This document shows positions 51,993 through 64,000 of a stretch of 64,000 bases of DNA, in pieces; the first letter of the stretch is position 1, and each line of letters starts with the position of its first letter. The DNA is taken from assembly GCF_018977255.1 (NCBI RefSeq), contig NW_024704743.1:102612001-102676000 (forward strand), in the 5' to 3' direction. The stretch is from Callorhinchus milii. Its lineage: Eukaryota. The position numbers and the translations under genes were made by a program. The notes under the pieces were generated by a model that did not search any database, was not told the origin of the DNA, and worked only from the letters and a program-made list of their open reading frames with translations.

Positions 51993-54900
51993 AATGGTAT
52001 TTCTCAGTAAAATCAGGTCTGCCCTGGTGTTAATAAGATTACAGTTACCGAACTAATGTAAAGTAGCAGTAGTTTTGCCCTTGCTTTTGCCTTTTGATGG
52101 CTTCTGCTTTCTGGCTGATGACTGAAAGGAGTTGATTTAGACTAAAAGCTCAAGTTTGCTATTTTGCTCCAAGAGATCCTTCAGCAGCGGGCATTGAACT
52201 CACATTCTAGGCTAACGCACCAGTGTGGTGCTGGGCTGGGGCTGAATTATCAGAAGTGCTATCCTTCAGATAAGGCATTAAACCAAGGCCTTGTGTGTAT
52301 GTTCATGTGGACGTCAAGGATCCCACGGCACTATTCAAAAAGAGAAGAGTTTCTTCTGTGTCCTGGCCTTAGATAATATTGTTCATTTACTTTGTAGTCG
52401 TTTGTGAGATGTGACTGTGCACAGATTGTCTGCCTCATCTGCCTACACAACACAGTCACTACACATTACAGTAAATCCTGTGAAGTGTTTCAAGTCATTC
52501 AGATACAAACGTGCTATATCAAATGCAAGAATTATTATCATTATCTTCTTAGTTGCCTTAACCATCTTCTGAAAGGGGCAAGGGAATTGCAGCCTGGTTT
52601 CGAGTGCTACTCTTGAGGTAAACATTTGGAACCTCAATTTTGTCTCTTTGTTGTAATGCCATTTCTTGTATCAACTCAGTTTCTTTGTTCACAATTTGAT
52701 CCAGACAAGGGGCTCGCTCTGAAATGAATGGCCCGGAGATTATATATTGCATATATATAATATATTATAATGAGAAGAATGACAAAATCACTCATGAGTT
52801 AAAAGGTCTTGCTTGTAAGTGAAATAAGGTTTTATACAACAGAATTGTGAAATAAATTAAGAATTAAATGTTGAATAAATTATGCAAAATTATATTACTT
52901 GTTTGCTTTCCACTGTTTGAAGCCTTTCCAACATGAAAGATTATTGCAAATCATTAATTTCAAAGGAGAAATATATATCTATATATATATATATGTAACC
53001 TAAAGAACTACAGAAGCATATGTTGTATTTTAATTTACTTATCTAACCGTAAACCAAAAATATTTTTTCAATGGTTTGCTTTTATATGAAATTATTTGCT
53101 GAATGAATTGCTGGAACCAGTCTAGTGTTAATCCCTTACAATATGTCCTCGCTCAACCATTGGCAAAGCCAGTCTATTTAAATGCTTTGGAGATAGACAT
53201 GAGCCAACCATATATTTCATTTGCTTTCTTATCATCTCTCCATTGAAGATACCACTAAAATCATGCCACTAACTACTTACCATCTTTAGTAATTAACCTT
53301 TCCTCTTTTGTCACCTATCAGTGGGAAGACCCCTTTCTTTTGGCTGCTATGTTTTAAAATTGGGTGCCTCAATGTGATTAGATGTGGTGAAGGCATTTTA
53401 CTTAATGCTTCTTACTTTACTACAGTGGCTGATCAATTCATTAACTTGGTAACTAGAATGCCAAGGGAAGTTGAAATCTTACAAGATGTTTGAACAAGCT
53501 TTCTTCAAGGGATAGAGCTAAGGATGGGACAATTAGTAACACATTATTACCTAAGATTGCAGGAAGTTTCCACCGCTGCTACATCAGCTGGTGGGAACAT
53601 AAGAGCACTGCCTGCATTATTCCAGGGAGTCTTGTACATCCTCAAGTTCAGATACACTACATGTTATTTTGGAATTAGAGGGTGGATAATTTAACTGAGA
53701 AAAATGTGTGGACATTTCAATTGGTAGAGTTTGAGAGAAGGTATGTCTGCCATTCAACGTGTCCTCTCAGAAGTTATAAGTGAAATGCATAGATTGAAGC
53801 ATATCGGCTCTCTCAATAAGGTTATCTTGTCCAATGCTCCATAATAAATGATAACCTTTAAATGTCCTTCTGTAAATGTACAAAACAACTGCACGAGTGG
53901 ACTTCACCTCTACATTGTGAGCTGTTACACCTATGCTAGGGATGACTAGTCTTCAATTACACATAGAAGAAGCAAGTGATTTCTATCAAAATCAACCACC
54001 CGTGTCACACTTCAGTATCCTGAGGCTCAAAATTCCACCTACTGTAACCCTATAAGTGCCTTGGGACGTCCTCCCGACGTGAAAAGCGCTCTATAAATGG
54101 AATCTTGTTGTTGTTGTTGTTGTATAAGACCACTGGGGAGAAATTCCACCTGATTCAAGCTTTACTTCATTTACGTAACATTTCAGAGTATTCAGTAATT
54201 GCCAAATTAGGATGGGGATAGGGAGGGCATGGAGAACAAAGGTGAATTGATGATGAAGATGCCCACTGTTAGTCATGTTCAGAAAAGGTACTATATCAAA
54301 TGCAAGAATTATTAATATTATTATGCATTACACTCCAGCTTTGTATTCCAGGAGAGGGTACACTGGAAGATCGGTTACCAGTTTTTGGCTTTACGTAAAT
54401 TGTCTTGTGCTTATTTGGATAATTGGAAACATCCAAACAATTCTGTACCTCTTGAAGGATCAGTCAGTTACCAAATTTATAGAGTGATGAAAGAAAATTA
54501 TGTTATTAATAATATTCTTTGTATTTTGATGTAGTGCCTTAGCACATCTTCAGTGTCTCAAAAAACTTCACAGAAATTTGACTGTAAAGTGTATAATTGT
54601 GTACTTTGGAGATGAACATGGTAGCCCAATTTGTGCACAGCAATGACCTACAAACAGCCCTTAAGTGAATGATCATTTTTTGTAGAATTAAGTACACTTG
54701 TATCAAAGGCAGGGGGATGGGAGCAACATGAGCATTTGATCAGTGATGAAATTTTGAACATTCTGTGGAAATACATTTAAAGGGGAAATTTCAGGACAGG
54801 CTACAGAGAGTAATTTGACAATTGGAATGAATTACCAAGATTCTTTCTTTATCTGAACCTTTCTTGTGAATTCCGTTTCTAAGCAGATAATCATCTAGTT

Positions 54901-55846
54901 CTATTTTAAAGGAATCAATTGACACAGCATCAGTTGCTTTCTTTGCTGATTGTTCCACACTATCTACTTAGCTCAGCTGATAGCAATCTCATCTCTGATT
55001 CAGTAGGTTGAGGATTCATGCCCTACAATAGGACTTTGGACTCGTACTCTAGGCCGGGTGTGGATCCCTGACTGTTCAGCACCTTGGGACGTTTTCCTGA
55101 CATGAAAGACGCAATACAACTGTAATTTGTTGTTGGTAATGCAATACAGTGCAGTGGACCACTGTATTGTTGAAGGTGCATTTTTCGATGACATTTTAAA
55201 TCAAAATCCCATTTCCCTATTCATGTGGAGGTGAAAGATGTGATGGCACTACTTGCAAAGAGAAGGGGATTTCTCCCAGTATCCTAGCCAAACCCAGATA
55301 CAATTTGTCATTCACTTCATGGCTCTTGTGGTACACCAATGTGTTCAAATTGGCTGTTGCATTTTATCTGCAAAATACACTGAAAAGTTTTGACAGGATT
55401 TTAATTTTAAAATTCCATCCTATTTTTCGAGACTTGAAATGGAATGCAGCATTTAATATTGATATCTGAAATGAGAGTTCGCCTGCCTACCTTATCCTGA
55501 TGTGCCAATATACATTTTTCTATTACTGCTGATGGCAAGTGTCCAATTTTTCAAATGACATCATCCTTTCAAAATCAGTCAACTATTATGAGAACAATGG
55601 TTTTTCGACCAAAGGTTTATTGTACCGGAAAAAAGACTTTCCAAATCATTCAATGTTCTCTTTCACACGTCACAAATTCTGTTTTCTTCTGAAGCATATT
55701 AATTTCAATATGAAATGCTTTGATTTTGATGGCGAGATCTGATTTCCTGATATCAAATGCAAGTATTATTCTTATTAAAAACTGGAGTTAAAACACTAGC
55801 ACCTTGAAACAAACACAACACTTTTAAGGTAGGGAAGGAAAAATAA

Positions 55847-56245
55847 CAGTCCTATAGCTTAGTGGTTAGAGTACTCGCCTCACAAGCGAGAGGACCTAGG
55901 TTCGATTCCCAGCAGGGCGAAACATTGGGCAAGTTTTCTTATTCCGCACAGCTCTGTTTACCTAGTAGTAAATAGGAACCCGTTTGTTAATCGATTACAA
56001 CAACAATATTATATTTATAGAGCACCTTTCACATCAGGAAGATGTCCCAAGGGGTTAATAAATCCTTTAAAATAAATACAAATAATTTGGTCATTCAATC
56101 CAAAACTGCTGTGCGCAATTGTCTGCTGTATTTCACTCACAAAATATAGTCAATTCACTTTACAGTATATTCTTTGAAGCGCTTTAAGACGCCTCGAAGA
56201 TGTGATAAAGCGCAATATCATATTGAAGGATTGTTTTTATTATAA
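55847..56245 (+). mobile_element. tRNA-derived SINE with nested inverted L2 tail (~55997-56052)
   Basis: Head with B box ggttcgattcc; Deu-like segment; tail. Confidence 0.9.
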
Positions 56246-56892
56246 TAACAAGCCTGTTCCAGTGTCTCTTGTGGTTTAAAATAGATCAGGCTGGATTCTA
56301 TGGTTCATGACAAAGGTGTTCAATTAGGCAAAATACAGCTGGCAACTCTCGGGGATAAGATGTCAAACTAAATTATAGACTAAATCTCACAGGGAAAGGA
56401 AAGAAGCAGATTTAAGAAAAACAATCATGATGTAAATATTGCTACAAAAAACGCAGGTGCGTTATTTTGTAAACAGATTCTTTCAGCAAAGTTGAATGTA
56501 AATGTTCACAAAGCTTTGCCTCTATTCTCATGAATAAACATACAAACCCTTTCATTGTATTTCCTTTATGAGATACTTTGTCGCATAGTTTTGGCACTAC
56601 TTGGTGGTTAATATTCAATTTCTGATGACATGAAATGAAACTGGAAGACAGCAGAAAACACTGAAAGTCCCATAGAACAGATTCAATCCATACCGGCGAA
56701 TGTATCTTACATACCAATAACAACTTGCATTTATATAGCCCTCTTCATGTATGATATTGTCTCAGAGCGCTTTACACTCACGTGGGACTTGAAACCCTAA
56801 TATTCTGACTCAGGGGCAAGAATGTTACCAGCAGAGCCAGGCTGACACGTGGCTCATCAAATGTCCAAATACAATACATGCATCAGCTTTTT

Positions 56893-57068
56893 TTTTAATT
56901 CCAGAAAAGCGATCTGTCAATCGACTAACAACTTGGTTCCTACTTGCTGCTAGATGAGCAGAGGCCTGTGAAGTAAGGAAACTTGCCCAACGTTTCGCCC
57001 TGCCAGGAATCGAACCCAGCTCCTCCCGTTTGCGAGGCGCAGCTCTAACCACTGAGCTACAGGACTCC
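56893..57068 (-). mobile_element. SINE 5' half
   Basis: tRNA-like head and central domain. Confidence 0.85.
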
Positions 57069-57692
57069 ACAGAAGCCTGGTTCTTTTGTTCATCAGAAAG
57101 GCCGGAGTACCATATTTAATAATTTTATGCTGTGAGGATTTGTAAATCTCAAATTCAGGATGATATTAATTTTATATTTTCTGCAATAGTGTCAAATGTC
57201 TATCATTTTAATTTAGAAACAGCAGGTTTCTGAAAACCCTAACTATTTCAGTACAAATCTACTTCTGTGCCCCAAGTTTGCTTCCGACAGTGACATATTG
57301 GTAAAAGCCCTAATGGTTTGGTTAATGAGCTTTATTCAAGGAGCTTATGAACAATTAAGTTAAAAAATATCTGAGGCAGATTAGCAGGAAGCACCTGCAA
57401 ATTCTTTCCATTTCAGTCAGTTTATAAACTGTATGAATTATTTATTTTATCCTTTTAAAAAAAAACGTTATAGTTAGATTCACAATTGAATGTTGTTTGG
57501 TTTTAAAATTTGGAACAACCATATTTTCAACATAGTAATATTAATATTTTGTTTTTGTCTTAGTTCTTTGCTTTTTTTTACCACACATAAAAATAAATTA
57601 ATAACCATTGCATTTGATATAGCACCTTATTCGGTTATCAAAGTATCTCAAAACACTTCACAGGATTTTACTGTGAAGTATAGTTACTGTGT

Positions 57693-59694
57693 ATAATACA
57701 AAATTACATTTGTAAAGCGCCTTTCAGGTCGGGAGGATGTCCCAAGGCACTGAACAGTCAAACAGTCAGGGATTTTGACCTGAGCGCGTGGGAGGTTGGG
57801 ATGAGGGAGGGTGGGTGGCAGAGAGGGTTGTCGAAGGTACGGTTATAGAGGAAAGTATTGACGTGTGCTTTGAAGTAGGCTAGGGAGGGAGCGAGGCAAA
57901 GAGAATGCGGGATGGAGTTCAAGAGGTTGGGGGCAAGGAGATAGAGGGCTGTAGATGCCTAGTCCTTGAACATATTCAAGACTGAGATTGACAGATTTCT
58001 TGTGGATAAAGGGATTAAGGGATATGGGGATAAGGCGGAGTTAGAATAGGTCAGCCATGATCTTATTGAATGGCGGGGCAGGCTCGAGGGACCGAATGGA
58101 CTACTCCTGCTCCTAATTCTTATGTTCTTTAATCACAGAGGCAGACAGATGGAGTTTTATGTCATCCGTATACATGTGGAAATTTACCACATGTCTGTGG
58201 ATGATGTCGCCAAGGGGGAGCATATAGAGGGTGAAGAGGAGCAGACCGAGGACAGAGCCCTGAGGAACACCGGACGAGATGGTGCGGGGGCTGGAAGAAA
58301 AGCCATTTGCAGAGACGAAGTGGAGGTGGTGTGAAAGGTAGGACCTGAACTAGTCAAGGACAGAACCTTGAAGGTTAAGGTGGGAGGAGAATCGGAGGAG
58401 GATTGAGTGGTCCACAGTATCAAAGACAGTGGAGAGGTTGAGGAGGACAAGGAGGCAGAGAGAGCCCTGGTCACACATGATTAGGATGTCATTTGTGACC
58501 TTGTCCTTGACTGATTGGAGGGGCTCATGGAGGGAGTGGGAGGGGAGAGGAAAGAGTGAAGCTGGGAGGCGACAGCTCTCTCAAGGACTTGAGACAGAAA
58601 AGGGAGGTGGGAGATGGGCCAGTGGCTGTGATGGGTTAAGTGAAGGTTTCTTCAAGGTGGGGTTGATAGTGGCTGTTTTGAGGGGTTTAGGAAAAGTGGT
58701 AGATGACAGGGAGAGGTTGATGATGTCGGCGAGGAGTAGGGCAAGGAGGTGAAGCTGAGATTTAAGGAGAGGGGTGGGGATGAGGTCCATTGAGCAGGTG
58801 GTGAACTTCATGGAGGATATGGTGGTGATGACAGAGGAGGGGGGTGACAGGATCAAAGGTGTGGAAGGAGGGTTGGGTAGTAGTGTGGGGTTGTTAGGGA
58901 GGGTGTGGAAGTTGGGAGGGCAGAGGCAGCTGGGCGGATTCCCTCGATTTTGGACTCAGAAAGTCCAGTATTTCCTCGCCGTGGGAATCGGAGGAAAGAA
59001 TCAGCGAGGTGTGATGGGGAGGGTGGAGGAGTAGGTTGTTGGTGGAGAACACAAGCCTGGGGTTGCCCTTCATCTCCAGGATTAACCTGGAGTAGAAGGA
59101 CAATTTGGCCGAGGCGAGAGCAGAGTGGTATGTTTTGATGTGGTCCAGCCAGATGTGTTGGTGGATCATTAGGCCAGATTTGAACCATGTGCATTCAGCA
59201 GCCAGCACCTGGTCCTTGAGCGAGTGGAGGTGGCTGGTGAACTAGGGTGAGGATTGGGAATAGGAAGCAGTTCGGGAGGTGAGGGGTTAAGGGCATTGAG
59301 TGTGGTGGAGAGGGCGCTGTGGAGGAGAGTAAATGCAGAAGATGGGTTGGTGCGGGAGGTGGGCCAGAGGGGGAGGAGTTCAGAGGACTCCAGGGAAGCA
59401 GAGAGGTATTGCGATGAAATCTTCTTCCACGTGCGGTAGAAGATGATGGTAGGTTTGGAGGCAGTGGGGAAAAGGATATAGGAGTTGAGGGAGATGAAAT
59501 GATGGTCAGAGATGGCCTTGTCGGTGATTGTGACATCCAAGACGCTGAGGCCTTGGGTGATCACCAGGTCGAGTGGGTGGCTATGAGCGTGGGTAGCAGA
59601 GTGGATGTGGAGGGCAAGGTTGAGAGAGGAGAGAGAAGTCTGAGGAGGTGGGGCAAGAGGGGTTGAAGTGGAGGTTGAAATGGCCTAGGATGAT
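57693..59694 (-). mobile_element. L2 LINE (deleted) with young CR1 3' end (+) at 57946-58129
   Basis: AISDHHFISL, CSMDLIPT; the CR1 piece ends ctactcctgctcctaattcttatgttctt. Confidence 0.9.
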
Positions 59695-60428
59695 GAGTGG
59701 TTAGAGCACTCGCCTTGCAAGCGAGAGGACCTGACTTGGGTTCGATTCCCAAACAGGGTGATACATTGGGCAAGTTTCCTCACTCCACTTAACTCTGTTT
59801 ACCTAGCAGTAAGTAGAAACCCGGTTGTTAGTCAATTGGTGGATCGCTTTTCCGGGGGTAACAATCCCTTCAAATAAATAAATAATAATAATAGGTTGGT
59901 CGTCAAAACAACAACAAAATTACATTTGCAGAGCGCCTTTCACGTCGGGAGGACGTCCCAAAGCGCTGAACAGTCAGGTGTTGGCGTCCGAGCATGGGGG
60001 AGGTGTGGTGTAGGGGTGAGGGAAGGCAGAGAGGTGGGAGGGAGTCACAGAGCCTGGTGGGGGAGAGTACACGAGCTACAGAGTTTTGGATGATCTGCAG
60101 CTTGTGAAGGGAAGAGTTGGGAAGGCTGATGAGGAGGGAGTTCCCATAATCGAGCCTTGATGCGACGAATCCATGGGTGAAGGTTTCGGCAGCCTGAGGG
60201 GTGAGGCAGTGGCGGAGTCTGGCAATATTGCAGAGGTGGTAGTAGGCAGTGCTGGTCATGGCGCAGATGTGATCATTCAATCCACGACTGTTTGTGGGAC
60301 ACTGCTTTGAGCAATTGGCTGCCTTGTTTCGCCCACAAAATATACAGTCAATTCACTTCACAGTATATCCTGTCTCAAGCATGTGATAAGGCGCTATATA
60401 AAATGCAAGAATTATTATATTATTATTC
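59695..60428 (+). mobile_element. SINE split by an inverted L2 3' fragment (59901-60271)
   Basis: SINE 5' part stops at ttggtc and resumes at atcattcaatccacgactg. Confidence 0.85.
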
Positions 60429-61927
60429 AGAGGTAGTCCAATCCTCTTCCCCTCCAAAACATTGCCCACTTAATTCTGTTATCTCACCGGCACTGCTATT
60501 TGAAAGTAGTGCCTATGCCTTTCTTACTTCTGGTAGAAATTTCTCCTCCCTTTTACATACGGCAACCCACATGAACTCTGCCCCATCCACCTCCTCATTC
60601 CTGTCCTTGTCAAGCTCCAATAACTCCTCGTTACTCAGTGTATTGTTCTCAAGATCCTTATCCTTCATTTCAGCTATATCCTTGGTCTGCTCCTAGATCA
60701 CATCCCATTACTCATCTCACCTGATGTCCACAGACGTACATGTTCCAGCTGAGGTAAAAGGAAAAAGGAACAGAAAGCTTTAAAGTTCAGCAAACCAGAA
60801 ACTGATGTCAGCAGTGACCTAATGACCTTAAAATTAAGCAAGTTATTAGAGTGAAAGCTCCCCGGCAAGTGATACAGCTGCACAATAAATGGGTTGCACA
60901 GTGCAACAGAGCTAAAACTAAATTTCTGCTTTAAAGAATTGCCTTATAATGGGACCTCATTGGAGAAAGCATAAAGGACTAAGAGATGGTAAACAAATAC
61001 TCAGCGATATAAACATACTCCAAACATACAGTGATATAGATACCACACATATTTTAAGACTTACAGCAATCGCTGTGATCTACTTAAAGGAAATGAACTG
61101 CAGCAGATCTTTAAAGGTGACTTTTTTTCTACAAAAAGCTGACATAAGATTTTGTATGAAGGGCAAATTTTCTGCAAGACCCATCACGTTTTCCTGAAAT
61201 CTGAAGTTATTGAACTGTGAAGGTGATTATACCCTAAATAGAGGAATGGTATTCAGGAGTAAAAGGGTCAATTTAGTAGTTTATAATCATGGTAAACTTC
61301 GCAGCTAATAGATTATTCAGACTTTTGGTTTCTTCTAGCCTGTGTTAAAATTGGTGCAATATATTCCATTGCTTCCTCAATACTGCTTGGAGTCATTCCA
61401 CCTGCAGCCTGCTGCTTCCCTGTCACTTTGACAGAAGGTTACCCATTTTAAGTGTCATTGTTGAAAGCAGCCATCTGCTCCTGATAGTTGGGAAAATTGC
61501 CATTGTTTGAGCACCAGATGATGCCACAGGAATAACTGAAAGGGAAGTCAACACTTCCAAGCATCAAAGGTCTTGCAAACAAGTTGGGGGTTACAGGATC
61601 AGCTGAAGTAAAATAGTCTTCTTGGAGGAAAGTTGAAATCTGCAGAATCCATGAGATTCAGGAAACATTCAAAGTGGTTCTTTGAATTGATTTAAAGCAT
61701 AAGAACATGACAAATTTCAGACTCACTTTCTCATGATTTGGCATTTTGGGTTTACGTTACTCTGATTATTATTATTATTGCAAATAGCAAACTGTCGGCT
61801 CCACCTATACATTGGAAATACCACAAACTTGACAAAACGTTACTATTTTCATCAAGTTACATAATATTATTGCAATTGTATATTTACTTTCTATTCCATT
61901 TGCTATCTATTTTCTTCTGTTTCCTAT

Positions 61928-62150
61928 CATAAGAGCATTAGAATTTGCTAGGCAAAAATAGACCAAGGTACTTTTAGTTCATCTTCTACCATCCTGGCAG
62001 TTGCTTGACAATGTCATGTCTCAAACTACATACCGCATCCTGAGATTTTTTTTCTAGCAGAAATCTATCTAATTTGTTCTTCAAACAAATTAGTTTTTTT
62101 GCTTCCACTGTCTCCTGAGGGAGCCTACTGTCTATCTATTCTCCTGTGCA
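61928..62150 (-). mobile_element. Old CR1-type 3' end inserted in SAMD9-like copy 4
   Basis: Similar to 24355-24470 (gctagacgaaaaaagaccaaggt..ccatcctggcag). Confidence 0.55.
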
Positions 62151-64000
62151 GCAATAACACAATCACGATTAGCATTGAGACATAATATCAGAAAGGTCTT
62201 GCAAGGGGGAGTGTCATGAGTATATTTTTTTCGGGGATCTCCTATCATGACCTAAGCAAGCTCATCACACCTGTATGGACTCCAACATGGAGTTCTTCCA
62301 ACAAGGAATCCTCCCAACCTATAAATGAACATCTGCAGCTCAGCCTTTCCACTTCTGACAAAACGTCTCTCATAAAATGTCAGACTTTCCTTGTCTTTCC
62401 GAGGCTGATTGTCCTGATGGGCATTTCCAACACTTTTTGTAGACATTAATGTTTTGCAGTATTCAATATCAACAACTGGGCACAAACTTATTTCCAGTGT
62501 TAAATTGAGCCTTATTAACCGTCTTGATAATCTGCTTTTTCAACCATAACCACATACTGCCAAAAATTTACTTTCTCCTGTGTGTTATCCTGGCTTGATG
62601 GTGGCACTCTCACCTCAGAGCCAGAAAGTTGTAGATTCAAGCCGCATGTCTGGACTTCCACATAATCTAAACTGGCACCGATACAGAATCACTACAATTT
62701 ACAGCAAATCCTGTGAAGCACTTTGAGACATTTTGGTGATGTAGTAAGGCACTGTACCAAATGCAAGGATTATTTGCTATTAAAATATTTTCTATTTTTT
62801 CTGCTCATCTCAGATTTTCAGGATTCACATTTTTTCTTTTCTCGTTTTGTTTGTGAATATTGATTTATGTATGTTTATTTATAGATTAATAACCTGACAG
62901 AACAGGAAGTTCAAAGTCCTGATGTGGGGTTTGAACCCACAACCTTTTGACTTGAAAAATGCTGCCAGCTGAGTCAGGCCAATGTGGAGAAACCTGAGAG
63001 CAGGTCTCACCACCTCATACATGAATTGAGTTTGAAATCAGCGTACAAACAAAAGGCATATCAGACAAAAATATCAAAACGAATTTGATAGGGAGCCTCA
63101 AATTGAAAAGAATGTATTGTTATAGCAGCCCCATGAAAATGTATGTACTACTGCACCACTTGAAGCAGAGCTTTGATTCAGGAAACAACATAAATTGGAA
63201 ATCCTATTATCTGGATGACTTAATAGTCTAATAATTAAAAGTGCATAGACTAGATTTTCCTTTTGGTGGGCACTAATGACTTTTGGCAGAAAATCCCTGA
63301 TTTACAACTGAAGATCTAAAGCAATAGTGATTCTGCCGGTTGTGCTAAACTACTCAACAGAATGTAAATCGAAATTGCACTAATAAATCAGCTCAAATCC
63401 GGGAAGTGAGATACTTGAACTCTCACTGGGAGCACATGGTTGCTTCCCTCAGCAGTAAGATATCAAACTGGTGAGGACATTCCAAACACTGCAACTCCAC
63501 AGAGTCAAAACTGGACCTTCCTGACTTCAAAAGATTAAAAGACTGAAGTGCAATTTCTGATTCAAAGAACTTATGGAGCAGCTGTACTGTAAGTTGCTTT
63601 CGCAAAAAAAAGCTGGGTATCTGATACATGTAGAAACGCATCACCATGCTTAATAGTATCTAAACCAGACAGAGTTCCACAAGTGTCAATTTTCCTGTAT
63701 CTGGAATGGAATGTGCATCACTCACTAGAGGGACACACACTGCCTACTTAATTCCACAATTATTAGGTTCAGGTTAGCAATTGCCAAGGCTTGGGGATCC
63801 CAGAGTGTGCCTCGTGATACTGCTGGAGTTTAACCAATTCAAACCACGAAGCTTCAAAGTACAGTCCTTCAAAATGGAAAGTCTTACCAGGGACTTTATT
63901 AGGAGCGTCTAATGCAAGAGCTACTACATTAAAAAGATGAAAGGTGGGATGCGATGGAGGTACACCTGGCAGTAAGAATGTGTTCTCAAAAAATGAAAAC

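Larger units (their letters stand above)
53030..64000 (-). pseudogene. SAMD9/SAMD9L-like pseudogene, copy 4 (5' end probably at or beyond window edge)
   Basis: PDTGKLTLVEL 63672-63704 (PETGxxNLIDP); NKFV/VDI ~62466-62494 (DRFVIEVDI); HFMRD ~62370 (LFVRD); FPNYQEQM 61473-61496; QFFKAEI ~60930; QLYHLPG 60860-60880 (HLYHHPG); LLKESVYKITHLRFL*QYL 56433-56490 (VLLESIHRFNPNAFICQAL, ungapped); DLAIKIKAF ~55725; PA..TIEKI ~53060-53115 (PA..SIEKV). Clear DNA homology of 61330-61560 to 18690-18935. Confidence 0.8.

Noticed and set aside
60430..60700. Acidic minus-strand frame with a Tigger-like TLSNEELLEL
   Set aside because: It follows the P-loop remnant and aligns with copy 1 (*ALL motif), so it is assigned to copy 4.
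63423..63705. KDZ/Zisupton CxC-like transposase or cGAS/Mab21-like readings of Cys-rich translations here and at ~19300 and ~31600
   Set aside because: Isolated weak motifs only; the SAMD9 interpretation explains the same DNA with many collinear matches.

Overview
Repeat-rich vertebrate genomic DNA, most likely from a cartilaginous fish (inferred from the mix of CR1, L2, Deu-type SINE and Penelope-type repeats). No intact protein-coding gene was found. Roughly half or more of the window is mobile-element debris: CR1 and L2 LINEs, tRNA-derived SINEs sharing an L2 3' tail, a decayed hAT transposase, a MITE, a possible solo LTR and a Penelope-type terminus with a hammerhead-like motif. The main hidden signal lies in the unique sequence between the repeats. 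Translated by hand on the minus strand, it gives four head-to-tail, heavily decayed copies of a SAMD9/SAMD9L-like antiviral gene (about 2800-20250, 21150-34020, 35140-47950 and 53030 to beyond 64000). Together the copies preserve short motifs of the SAM, AlbA_2 (Schlafen-like) nuclease, SIR2-like, P-loop NTPase, TPR and OB-fold regions in the correct order, although each copy shows only a subset. All are full of stops and frameshifts and split by TE insertions. The SAMD9 motifs used for comparison are recalled from memory, not from a database search, so the call needs a frameshift-aware protein-to-DNA alignment. Boundaries are approximate (tens of bp for repeats, a few hundred bp for pseudogene ends).
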